Below are positions 17,545 through 25,711 of a stretch of 32,000 nt of DNA, in pieces (positions within the stretch are counted from its first letter, which is position 1; the number at the start of each line of letters is the position of its first letter). The position numbers and the translations under genes are program-made. The DNA lies in assembly GCA_900234795.1 (NCBI GenBank), contig LT962688.1, positions 4,980,001 through 5,012,000 on the forward strand, given 5' to 3'. Source of the stretch: Methylorubrum extorquens. Lineage in GTDB: Bacteria; Pseudomonadota; Alphaproteobacteria; Rhizobiales; Beijerinckiaceae. The notes below the pieces were generated by a model that ran no database searches, had not been told where the DNA came from, and saw only the letters and a program-made list of their open reading frames with translations.

Positions 17545-18693
17545 CTAGAAATCGATCGCGGCGAAGAAGACCGCGAACAGGCCATCCAGCACGATCACCA
17601 TGAAGATTGACTTGACGACTGAGGCGGTGACGTGGCGCCCGAGCGACTCCGCCGAGCCCTCGACCGCGAACCCCTCGATCGTCGCGATGATGCCGATCGT
17701 CAGCGCCATGAACGGCGCCTTGATGAGCCCGACCGCGAAATGGTGGAACGACACCGCCGCCTGGAGCCGCGCCAGGAAGGCGTCGGTGGTCATGCCGCCG
17801 TAGATCGCGGCGGTGAGGCCGCCGCCCGCGAGCGCGGCGAGCGAGCCGAGGAAGGCCAGGATCGGCAGGCCGATCACAAGTGCGAGAATGCGCGGCAGGA
17901 TCAGGATTTCGATCGGATCGAGGCCCATCACGCGCAGGGCATCGACCTCCTCGCGCATCCGCATCGAACCGATCTCGGCGGTGAACGCCGAGCCGGAGCG
18001 GCCCGCCACCATGATCGAGGTGAGCAGGACCCCGAGTTCGCGCAGGATCAGCAGGCCGATCAGGTTCACGACAAAGCTCTGCGCGCCGAAGCGCTGGAGC
18101 TGAAAGATGCCCTGCTGCGCGACGATGCCGCCGACGAGGAACGAGATCAGCACGATGATCGGCACGCCGCGGAGCGCCACCTGTTCGAGCTGGTTCACGA
18201 GCGCGGCCATACGAAAAGTCTGCGGCCGGCGCGCGACCCGGCCGCCGGCAGCGACCACTTCGCCGAGGAAGGCGATGCCGGACAGGATCTCGTTGCCGCC
18301 GCGCGCCACGCGCTGACCGGTGGTGTCGAGGAAGCGCAGGGCCGGGTTGCGGGTATCCTGCGGCACCGGTTCGGGCTCGCGCAGGCCCATTTCGCCGAGC
18401 AGGATGCGGTGCTCGGGCCGCGCCCCGGCATAGGCCAGCCGCCCGCCCGCCGCCTCGATCTCGGCGCGGGTCCGCTCCAAGACCCAGGCGCCGAGGGTGT
18501 CGAGGCGCGCCAGTCCGCTCAGATCCACGAGCACCGGTTGGGACCGTCCCTGCGCCGCGATCTGCGCCGATGCACGCTCGACAGCCGGTCCCTGATCCGC
18601 GGTCCAGCGGCCGTGCAGGATCACGCGGCCGTCGCCCGCATCGAGGTCGGCGCCCGCTGTCTCCAAGGTGCTTGAGCCGTCTGCGATCCGCAC
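17545..18693 (-). CDS. MlaE-family ABC permease with an N-terminal STAS (MlaB-like) domain
   Basis: 382 aa. The C-terminal approximately 260 aa are a polytopic MlaE-like permease. The N-terminal approximately 120 aa are soluble and STAS-like (VLVDLSGLARLDTLGAWVL). GTG start with GGGAG upstream. Confidence 0.85.
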   Translation of the reverse strand: MRIADGSSTLETAGADLDAGDGRVILHGRWTADQGPAVERASAQIAAQGRSQPVLVDLSGLARLDTLGAWVLERTRAEIEAAGGRLAYAGARPEHRILLGEMGLREPEPVPQDTRNPALRFLDTTGQRVARGGNEILSGIAFLGEVVAAGGRVARRPQTFRMAALVNQLEQVALRGVPIIVLISFLVGGIVAQQGIFQLQRFGAQSFVVNLIGLLILRELGVLLTSIMVAGRSGSAFTAEIGSMRMREEVDALRVMGLDPIEILILPRILALVIGLPILAFLGSLAALAGGGLTAAIYGGMTTDAFLARLQAAVSFHHFAVGLIKAPFMALTIGIIATIEGFAVEGSAESLGRHVTASVVKSIFMVIVLDGLFAVFFAAIDF

Positions 18694-18821
18694 GCGCCGC
18701 TCCCGCTTCCGCTCCGAAAATCTTGAAACGAAATTCTTACCAAGATGCGTCGAATCCGATTTGTCGGGTTCGACGTCGCGGCCGACCGAAGTCGCCTACC
18801 GGGGCGCTGCCCCGATCCCCG

Positions 18822-18860
18822 CCAAAGGGATGATCCCTTTGGAATCCCGTTCTCGGGATT
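18822..18860 (-). terminator. Two tandem perfect hairpins just downstream of the MFS gene stop (no U-tract)
   Basis: CCAAAGGGA-TGA-TCCCTTTGG lies at 18822-18842 and AATCCCG-TTCT-CGGGATT at 18843-18860. The position fits a terminator or RNA-stabilising element, but no T-run follows. Confidence 0.3.
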
Positions 18861-18876
18861 GCTGGGGGAGCGTCGC

Positions 18877-20082
18877 CTATACCTTATGGGGAGAGCCGCC
18901 GCCAAATCGGTGGGGATCATGGATGCGTTGCGCCCGCGCCACGAGGACGAGGCCGGCAAGCGCCAGCGGCGCCATCATCAGGAAGGTCGAAGGCCCGCCG
19001 AACGAGCGGTAGACCGCGCCGCAGGCCAACGTCGCCAGCGCCGAGACGAGAGCGGTCGAGGCGCCGATCGTCCCCTGCGCCCGGCCGCGGGCGCCGTCCG
19101 GCGCGAAGCCGGAGACCGCCGCCATGATGCCGAGATGGGTCGCGCCGAAGGTGAGGCCGTGCAGCATCTGAAGCGGCAGGAGCAGGGCCAACTCCCCGTC
19201 CGCGAGGCTGAGGCCCAGGGCCCGTAGCAGAGCCGCCGCCGCCCCGAGCCCGAGCAGGCGGAACGGGCTGCGCCAGCGCGCGGGAAAGCGGCCGAAGAGG
19301 GCGAACAGCGCGATCTCGGCCGCGACGCCGACCGCCCAGAGCGCGCCGATCCAGGGCGGCGAGACGCTGTGATGGGCCCAATCGAGGCTGCCGAAGGCGT
19401 AGATCGCCGCATGGCTCGCCTGGATCAGCGCCGCCGCAGCGATGGAGAGGCGCAGCACACGCGGCAGGGGCGGAGAGGCTCCCCGCTTTGAATGCGGCTC
19501 GGCGGGCGGGGCGACCTCCTGGCCCGAGGCTGCGACCAGGGTCGCGGCGAGTGCGAGCCCGGTGAGCAGCAGTGGCACCGCCACCCGGTCACCAAGCACG
19601 CCGAGTAGCGCGCCGCCCGCGAGGTTCGCGGCGAGGAAGGCGACCGAGCCGCACAGCCGGATGCGGGCATAGTCGATCCGCTTCGAGCGGCGGGCGGCGG
19701 CAAGCGTCAGGTAGTCGATGCTCGGCACCAGCGGGGCCTGCGCCACGGCGTTCACGACGATCAGCGGGACGAGCAAGGCCGCAGCAATGGCGGCGGCCGC
19801 CGGCATCAGGGCATAGCTCAGCGCCAGGGTGAGGCTTCCGGCGACGAGCAGGGTGCGCGGGCGCACGCCGCGATCGATCCGCCCCATCAACGGCCGCGTC
19901 GCGACGACCTTGGTGGCGATCGGCAGGGCGAGCAGCAGTCCGATCAGCCCGGCATCGAGGCCGAGCGCGCCGAGCCAGACGGGCATGAACGGCATGGCGA
20001 TGCCGATCTCGACGAAGACTACGGCGTAGAGGAGACCGAGGCGGACGGGATCGGGCTCGCCGGTCGGGGCTGTGCGTGTCAC
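18877..20082 (-). CDS. MFS transporter (12-TM, MFS_1_like / HcaT-like)
   Basis: 401 aa, hydrophobic throughout with a 12-TM-like organisation. GTG start. Confidence 0.85.
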   Translation of the reverse strand: MTRTAPTGEPDPVRLGLLYAVVFVEIGIAMPFMPVWLGALGLDAGLIGLLLALPIATKVVATRPLMGRIDRGVRPRTLLVAGSLTLALSYALMPAAAAIAAALLVPLIVVNAVAQAPLVPSIDYLTLAAARRSKRIDYARIRLCGSVAFLAANLAGGALLGVLGDRVAVPLLLTGLALAATLVAASGQEVAPPAEPHSKRGASPPLPRVLRLSIAAAALIQASHAAIYAFGSLDWAHHSVSPPWIGALWAVGVAAEIALFALFGRFPARWRSPFRLLGLGAAAALLRALGLSLADGELALLLPLQMLHGLTFGATHLGIMAAVSGFAPDGARGRAQGTIGASTALVSALATLACGAVYRSFGGPSTFLMMAPLALAGLVLVARAQRIHDPHRFGGGSPHKV

Positions 20083-20250
20083 GGAATCGCGGCGAAGCGG
20101 GCCGCCCCTTTCGATCGATAGAAAACGTCGCGCGGCGGGGCGAAGCGAAGGAAAGCGTAAGCCGCTGTTAAAGCACGCCTGTCAATCTGCCGCCGACCGT
20201 CAATCGTCGCGGCACTCCTCGCGGTGGGGCCCGAGTCTTTGCGGGGTGTG

Positions 20251-21450
20251 ATGTCGAGTTCCCGTTCCCTGACGCCTCTGGACGCGTCGCAATACGATGC
20301 CATCGAGGACGCCGTCCGGGAGACCGAGCGCGGCCGGTGGTTTCTGACCGAATACGCTCGCCGCAACCGCAACGCCGACACCGAGGTGCTGCTGGACGCG
20401 ATCCGGCGCATCGAGAACGCCGTCACGACGGATCGGCCGGACGATGTCGGGCGCTTCCGCGGCGACCTGATGGAGATGGCCGACGCCATCGCCCGCACCC
20501 GCGCGGAGGTGGCCGCCCTCTCGACCGCCGAGCAGGGCGAGAGCCGTCTCACGGTCGCCTCGGAAGCCCTCGACGCCATCGTACGCGCCACCGAGCGGGC
20601 GACCTCCGACATCCTCAGCGCCGCTGAGGAGGTGCAGGAGGCCGCCTGGACCCTGCGCGAGACCGGAATCGATTCCGAGCTGTGCGACGCCCTCGATCGG
20701 CACGCCACGCAGATCTACACGGCCTGCTCGTTCCAGGACCTCACCGCGCAGCGCACGAGCCGCGTGGTGCACACCCTGCGCTACCTCGAGAACCGCATCG
20801 CTTCGATGATCGGGATCTGGGGCAGTCCCGAGGACGCGGTGCCCCCGCTCGGCGAGGACGCACCTGTACCGGCCACCGCCCTCGATCAGAGCGATGTCGA
20901 TCGCTTCCTCGACATGGAAGGGCCGGCGCCCGCGCCGGCCGTATCGACCCTGCGGCCATTGCCGACCATGGTGCTCGACAACGACCTCGCCTTCCTGCCG
21001 GCCAGCCCCGAGACGCTAGAACCGGCCGACGAAGAGGAGCCGGCGGAGCCGATCACGACCGAGATGGCGGCGCCCGTCGCGGTTCTGGCCGATGAAATCC
21101 CGGCGGATCTCTTCGCGATGGAGATGCCGGAGATCGAAGCCGCAGCCGAACCGGAGACCGTCTCGGACGTGCTCGTTTCGGCTCCGGCCGAGCCGGAATT
21201 GGCGGAGGTGTTCGGGGCGGAGGACGAGTCCGCGTTCGAGGTCGTGGCAGACATCGAAGCGGTCGACGTGGTGGAGGAGGCCGAACCGGCCGCCGAACTC
21301 ACCATTCCGGCAGCTCCCGAAGCGGTGATGCCGTTGGCCGAGCCCCTGATCGTGGCGGCGGTCGAGCCGATGGCGGCCGACGATCTCGCTGCGGCCTTCC
21401 CCGATCTCGATACCCTGAGCATCGAGGAAAAGATTGCGCTCTTCGCGTGA
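20251..21450 (+). CDS. CheZ-like phosphatase domain protein with a long acidic C-terminal extension
   Basis: CSFQDLTAQRTSRVV (nt 20734-20751 encode QDLTAQ) matches the CheZ catalytic DFQDLTGQ region. The remaining approximately 200 aa are Glu/Asp/Ala/Pro-rich. Start is either the ATG at 20251 or the GTG at 20224. Confidence 0.65.
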   Translation: MSSSRSLTPLDASQYDAIEDAVRETERGRWFLTEYARRNRNADTEVLLDAIRRIENAVTTDRPDDVGRFRGDLMEMADAIARTRAEVAALSTAEQGESRLTVASEALDAIVRATERATSDILSAAEEVQEAAWTLRETGIDSELCDALDRHATQIYTACSFQDLTAQRTSRVVHTLRYLENRIASMIGIWGSPEDAVPPLGEDAPVPATALDQSDVDRFLDMEGPAPAPAVSTLRPLPTMVLDNDLAFLPASPETLEPADEEEPAEPITTEMAAPVAVLADEIPADLFAMEMPEIEAAAEPETVSDVLVSAPAEPELAEVFGAEDESAFEVVADIEAVDVVEEAEPAAELTIPAAPEAVMPLAEPLIVAAVEPMAADDLAAAFPDLDTLSIEEKIALFA

Positions 21451-21553
21451 GGGAGCGGGCCCCGGGGACGGGCGTTGCGGTTCGTCATGCCGCATCGTTC
21501 CGCCTGAAAACCGGCGGCCCCTTTTTCGGCGGATGGCTTATACGGGCCCGGTC

Positions 21554-21994
21554 ATGGCCCTGCATCTTCTGAAGCTGTGCGTCGGTCCCTCCTCCATCGA
21601 GGAGTTGGAGGCGCGGATCGCACATTATCGGGCAGAGGCCCTGCGCCTCGGCCACGCGCCGGAGACGGTCCACGTCACCCGCATGTTCCCCAAGCGCGCG
21701 GGGGCCATCGCCGGCGGCGGTTCGATCTACTGGGTGATGAAGGGGACGCTGTGCTGCCGTCAGTCGATCCGCGCCATCGAGCCGGTCACGGGAAGCGACG
21801 GGATCGACCGCTGCCGCCTCGTGCTCGATCCGGCGGTGACGCCGGTCTCGCCGCGCCCCTGCCGCCCGTTCCAGGGCTGGCGCTATCTCGAAGCGCGGGA
21901 CGCGCCCGCCGACCTCGACCGGGCCAGTGCCGGGGAGGTCGCCGAGATGCCCGAGAGCTTGCGGCGGGAATTGGTAGCGTTGGGTTTGATTTGA
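21554..21994 (+). CDS. DUF1489 family protein
   Basis: The N-terminus MALHLLKLCVG and the later IYWVMKG...R and FQGWRYL motifs are typical of DUF1489. I chose the ATG at 21554. Confidence 0.8.
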   Translation: MALHLLKLCVGPSSIEELEARIAHYRAEALRLGHAPETVHVTRMFPKRAGAIAGGGSIYWVMKGTLCCRQSIRAIEPVTGSDGIDRCRLVLDPAVTPVSPRPCRPFQGWRYLEARDAPADLDRASAGEVAEMPESLRRELVALGLI

Positions 21995-22162
21995 GGCGTT
22001 TCCGCTTGATCCAAGCGGGACGCGTGTCGCTCGGCCCGAGCGGCGCTTGAGCCGAGGCCCAATCCGTTATCCCAAGGGAATCATTCGGATTTGGAGTGAG
22101 GCCGCCTGCCTCGTGGCGGCGGCCGTTGGGCCTCGCTCCGAATGGGTGCGAGGCCGGGTCGG

Positions 22163-22390
22163 TCAGGCGGCTTCCTGCAACCCGACGACGGCCGGGGTAA
22201 CCCCGAGGCGGTCGGCAAGGTGCCAGCGCAGTTCGCGCGGGGAGTGATACTCGTAGGAAGCGTCGATGAGGTGGCTGAGGTCGGCCTGCGGGCTGCGTGC
22301 CTGCGTATCGACCAAGCTGCCCACCCGGAATGTCGCCGCGTTGGTGACGGGCGAAATGGCGCCGTCCTGGCGCCGGAACTCGAATTTCAT
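22163..22390 (-). CDS. Hypothetical 75-aa protein downstream of cspA
   Basis: ATG start (MKFEFRRQDG...), high GC3 and balanced composition. The opposite-strand ORF is less protein-like. No family recognised. Confidence 0.55.
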   Translation of the reverse strand: MKFEFRRQDGAISPVTNAATFRVGSLVDTQARSPQADLSHLIDASYEYHSPRELRWHLADRLGVTPAVVGLQEAA

Positions 22391-22597
22391 TGTTTTTCTT
22401 CTTCTCGCACCGGATCCCGCGCCCTCTCGGCGTGGCCGGTGTCGTTTCTGGTTGTTTTGGTTTGGTGATTTCGGCGTCGGCGGCGCCCGCCGTGAGACAT
22501 CCCTGGAAACGCGTTCCGGGAGCCTTCCTCCGGTGGGTGCCGCTTCGTTGGTTGAGAACGCGCCGTCGGGCTGGTTTAACCCCGGTCCCGAAGCGAC

Positions 22598-22807
22598 TTA
22601 GACGGCCTGCAGATTGCCGGCCGCGTCCTTGCCGCTACGCTTGTCGGTCAGGACCTCATAGGACACCTTCTGGCCCTCGACGAGGTTGCGCAGACCAGCA
22701 CGCTCGACAGCGGAGATATGGACAAACACGTCCTTGCCGCCGTCATCCGGCTGAATGAAGCCGTAGCCCTTGGTCTCGTTGAACCACTTAACAGTCCCAG
22801 TATCCAC
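22598..22807 (-). CDS. cspA: Cold-shock protein (CspA family)
   Basis: 69 aa, [31 protein letters not shown], with RNP1 and RNP2 motifs. GTG start with AAGGA 7 nt upstream. Confidence 0.95.
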   Translation of the reverse strand: MDTGTVKWFNETKGYGFIQPDDGGKDVFVHISAVERAGLRNLVEGQKVSYEVLTDKRSGKDAAGNLQAV

Positions 22808-23068
22808 GAATAGTTCCTTCGTTCTTCACACGCCAAGCGCAAGCATCTGCTCGAAGCGAGCACCTGGCAGCGTCCGCCGATTTTGCGGGATGACAAGCGG
22901 GTTGCAAATGGACCGAAGCCATTCGCTCCGCCGCGCCCGTCACGACAACATGTAGGCTGACGATGCGGCCTTAACAAGGCGGGACGGAACGCTGCCGCCC
23001 CTGAACCGCGCGCGCGAGGCGGGAGCGGACCAAGCCAATCGAGCCGAGAGTACTGCCTCCGCCACCCT

Positions 23069-23097
23069 GTGACAAAGCACGGGGCCGGTGCATATAT
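23069..23097 (+). promoter_or_regulatory. Candidate sigma70-type promoter (GTGACA-N17-ATATAT)
   Basis: GTGACA at 23069-23074 and ATATAT at 23092-23097 have 17-nt spacing in an otherwise GC-rich context. If it is real, the downstream CDS starts at 23153. Confidence 0.3.
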
Positions 23098-23542
23098 GAA
23101 CGTCAATCCAGGCGGTTACGCACCGCTCCAAGGCAGTGCAGTCAGGCGGTTCATGGCGGGCATCTCGGTTTCCCTCGAAGGCGCGAACATCCAGCTCTCG
23201 TTCCAGAAGGACGACCAATCGACGGCGGTGGTCATGGATGCCCGCGCCGCCCGCGCGCTCGTGCGCGCCGTCGGCCAGCTCCTCACCGCGATCGATGACG
23301 ACGGCGAGGTCGATCTGCCCGATGAGAACGGCGACGAGGAGGTCGCCATGCTCGACGTGACGTCGTCGGCCATCGAGGTGGGCACCGACGAGCAGGGTCA
23401 GGCGGTGGTGGCCCTCCAGGCCGGCGCGCTGCCGCCGTTCCAGCTCCGGCTGACCGACGAGGAGGCACGCCACGTCGCCTCCAGCCTCAGCGAGATCCTG
23501 GCCGCGCCGCGGGACGTCCGCACCTCCCACGGCGGGCATTGA
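23069..23542 (+). CDS. Hypothetical acidic protein (start uncertain: GTG 23069, ATG 23096 or ATG 23153)
   Basis: The composition is protein-like (ISVSLEGANIQLSFQKDDQSTAVVMDARAARALVRAVGQLL...). The 259-aa antisense ORF is Arg-rich. No family recognised. Confidence 0.6.
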   Translation: MTKHGAGAYMNVNPGGYAPLQGSAVRRFMAGISVSLEGANIQLSFQKDDQSTAVVMDARAARALVRAVGQLLTAIDDDGEVDLPDENGDEEVAMLDVTSSAIEVGTDEQGQAVVALQAGALPPFQLRLTDEEARHVASSLSEILAAPRDVRTSHGGH

Positions 23543-23600
23543 AGGCACGCTCCGACGAAGGGTGACGCTTCGGCGGAGCGGCGATCCGCCCCTGTTACGG

Positions 23601-24035
23601 TCAGACGCCGGGCCTTCCGCGGCGACGACGCGTGCGCTCCGCGCTCGGCAAGGCATCGGGCACCAGGGTGACGGCGACGGGATTGGGCGTGTGGTCCATG
23701 GCCGCACCGGTATAGGCATCGACGCCCATGCCGATGACGCCGCCGGCCAGCACGTTGCCGGCGAACCCTGCGGCCCCCGTGCCGACCAGCTTGGTGCGCA
23801 CCGGCACGGTTTGCGGCTGGAATCCGGGCTTCGTGAAGGTGACGTCGAACTCCTCCGAGCGCGGCACGTCGAGCGAGCAGGGCGTCGTCGCGCAGTATCG
23901 GCTCGTCGTGGTAGCGACGGCGGCGCCGGGCGGCTCGGAGGTGAAGGCGATCAACTCCATCGTGCCGTGCGTGACGCTTCCGCACGCGGCAAGGCTCATC
24001 GCGACGAGCGCGGCGGCCAGAGATTGCTTGAACAT
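23601..24035 (-). CDS. Putative lipoprotein
   Basis: Signal peptide plus lipobox MFKQSLAAALVAMSLAAC. This is followed by a beta-rich region, a Gly-rich GxxxG-type segment (GTGAAGFAGNVLAGGVIGMGVDAYTGAA) and a basic tail. Confidence 0.75.
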   Translation of the reverse strand: MFKQSLAAALVAMSLAACGSVTHGTMELIAFTSEPPGAAVATTTSRYCATTPCSLDVPRSEEFDVTFTKPGFQPQTVPVRTKLVGTGAAGFAGNVLAGGVIGMGVDAYTGAAMDHTPNPVAVTLVPDALPSAERTRRRRGRPGV

Positions 24036-24175
24036 GATGTGGTGTCCCCCAACCGCCTCTGCGGACGGTGGGGCGGTTGTTGAGACGGTTTCGTCTCAAC
24101 TCAAGCGTGCAGGCGATGAGAGATCGGGGACAGCCCGCACGGTCGTCAGCATGTGATGAAAATGTGACGTCGGTT

Positions 24176-24204
24176 GGCCGCGCCCCGCTCGGCGGGGCGC
24201 GGCC
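24176..24204 (-). terminator. Perfect 13-bp GC hairpin 5 nt downstream of the Pro-rich ORF stop
   Basis: GGCCGCGCCCCGC-TCG-GCGGGGCGCGGCC. On the minus strand the tail is AACCGACGTCACATTTT, which is only weakly U-rich. Confidence 0.5.
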
Positions 24205-24209
24205 TCAGA

Positions 24210-24431
24210 TCAGAGCCGTATGCCGGGATCGGTCGGTCCGCCGGGCAGATAGTCCGGCTCGGAGCCGGGTCCGCGCGGTTCGTCGATGTTCGGATCATCG
24301 ACCGGGTAGGGCGTGCGCGGACCGGTCGGCCCGATATCGGGCAGATCGTCGGGCTGCGGCGGTGGGGGAAGATCGCCGGGGATCTGTCCGCCGGGGATGG
24401 GCTCGGGGGTCGGGGCGCCGGGATTGGCCAT
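24210..24431 (-). CDS. 73-aa proline-rich acidic protein
   Basis: ATG at 24431 is preceded by a perfect AGGAGG with a 6-nt spacer. The sequence is MANPGAPTPEPIPGGQIPGDLPPPPQPDDLPDIGPTGPRTPYPVDDPNIDEPRGPGSEPDYLPGGPTDPGIRL, with high GC3. A hairpin follows the stop. Confidence 0.55.
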   Translation of the reverse strand: MANPGAPTPEPIPGGQIPGDLPPPPQPDDLPDIGPTGPRTPYPVDDPNIDEPRGPGSEPDYLPGGPTDPGIRL

Positions 24432-24614
24432 GGACCGCCTCCTGTCTGGCTTCGGGTATGGCGGTCCAACACATGCCCTTCGGTCCAGTTCCGTTCCTCG
24501 TTCGTCGCGCGGGCGGTGCAGGTGCGGCGCCGTGACGGCGCGGTCATGGTTTCTAGAACCGTGCCGGGAGCGGTCCGTTGGCCCGGCAATCCCTGACATC
24601 AACGGAGCGAAGCC

Positions 24615-25194
24615 ATGCCCGATATTCGCGAGGCCAAGATCCTCATCATCGCCACCGACGGCTTCGAGGAAAGCGAGCTGACGGTACCGCAGGCCAAGCT
24701 GAAGGAGGCTGGCGCCACGGTCGCCGTGGCAAGCCCGCAATCGCGCCAGTCCAAGGGGACCATCCGCGGCTGGGACAAGACCGACTGGGGCACGGACGTG
24801 CCGGTCGATCTCGATCTCGAGAGCGTGAACCCCGCCGATTACGATGCGCTGGTTCTGCCGGGCGGGCAGATCAATCCGGACAAGCTGCGTCTCGAGCCGA
24901 AGGCGCTCGAAGTGGTCCGAACCTTCCTCACCTCCGGCAAGGTCGTGGCCGCGATCTGTCACGGCCCCTGGCTGCTGATCGAAGCCGGCGCGGTGAAGGG
25001 GGCGCACGCTCACCTCGTTCGCCTCGATCAAGACCGACGTGATCAACGCGGGTGGCGACTGGCAGGACAAGGCGGTCGTCACCGATGGCGGCATCATCAC
25101 CAGCCGCAACCCCGGCGACCTCGATGCCTTCTGCGCCAAGATCATCGAGGAGGTGAAGGAAGGCCGCCACGAGCCGCGTCAGCTCGCCGCCTGA
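24615..25194 (+). pseudogene. DJ-1/PfpI family protein, frameshifted at a G5 run
   Basis: The N-terminal 128 aa are typical (KILIIATDGFEESEL, VLPGG, nucleophile elbow AAICHGPWLL). After ...EAGAVKG the frame becomes His/Arg-rich. Skipping one G of 24998-25002 gives RTLTSFASIKTDVINAGGDWQDKAVVTDGGIITSRNPGDLDAFCAKIIEEVKEGRHEPRQLAA*, with the stop at 25192-25194. Confidence 0.8.
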
Positions 25195-25216
25195 ACCTGA
25201 CTCACCAACACGACAA

Positions 25217-25248
25217 AGCCGCCGATCCTCGGATCGGCGGCTGTTTTT
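25217..25248. terminator. Rho-independent terminator between convergent genes
   Basis: AGCCGCCGATCC (25217-25228) and GGATCGGCGGCT (25231-25242) form a perfect 12-bp stem, followed by GTTTTT. Confidence 0.8.
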
Positions 25249-25269
25249 ATGCCCGATGACGTGCCGCCG

Positions 25270-25569
25270 TCAGCGCTTGGCGACGGCCTTCTGAGTCTTC
25301 GGCCGCTCCGAGGCGGCCCCCGCCATCAGCTTGGCGAGGTGATCCTTGTCGATGCCGCCGAGGCTCACCGGCATCACGGCCGCCTCCGGTGCCGAGCGCT
25401 CGGTCTTGCGCGCCGCGATGGAGCCGGTGGTGACGGGGTCGGCGAGCGCCGCCACCGGCAGGGCCGCTGATGCGGGCTCCCGCTGGACGCGCATCGCCCA
25501 ATGGGCGGCGGTGGAAAGGACGGCGATGGCCAGGATCGCCTTGATGCCGCCGGTCAGGAAACGCCGCAT
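25270..25569 (-). CDS. Hypothetical membrane-anchored protein
   Basis: MRRFLTGGIKAILAIAVLSTAAHW forms a TM anchor and is followed by an Ala/Pro-rich soluble part. No clear SD. An alternative TTG start is at 25632. Confidence 0.45.
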   Translation of the reverse strand: MRRFLTGGIKAILAIAVLSTAAHWAMRVQREPASAALPVAALADPVTTGSIAARKTERSAPEAAVMPVSLGGIDKDHLAKLMAGAASERPKTQKAVAKR

Positions 25570-25711
25570 GGTGAGGACCGAAAACGCTGGGAACGCAGCC
25601 GGTTCCCCCGGCCTGTCCCCAGCATCGCGCAAGATCGTGAACGAACCCTCCGAGGTGAGACCGACGAGGCGTGCCGGATCGGGAAGGTGCGCCTCGCGGA
25701 TCCTACCTGCG

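Noticed and set aside
20181-20205. GTCAATC direct repeat (18-bp spacing) and a lone TTAA half-site upstream of the CheZ-like gene as a possible regulator or CtrA box
   Set aside because: There are only two 7-mers. No full TTAA-N7-TTAA CtrA consensus is present, so this could easily be chance.
18822-22094. Possible shared small palindromic repeat family: CCAAAGGGA/AATCCCG hairpins at 18822-18860 compared with the AATCCG...CCCAAGGG...CGGATT structure at 22061-22091
   Set aside because: The similarity is limited to 6-8-nt words within two loci. That is too short to claim a REP-like family without a genome-wide count.
24432-25145. The N-terminal 238 codons of the 311-aa minus-strand ORF 24210-25145
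   Set aside because: This part is antisense to the DJ-1/PfpI gene and does not look like protein. Only the last 73 codons, which have their own AGGAGG and ATG, look real.
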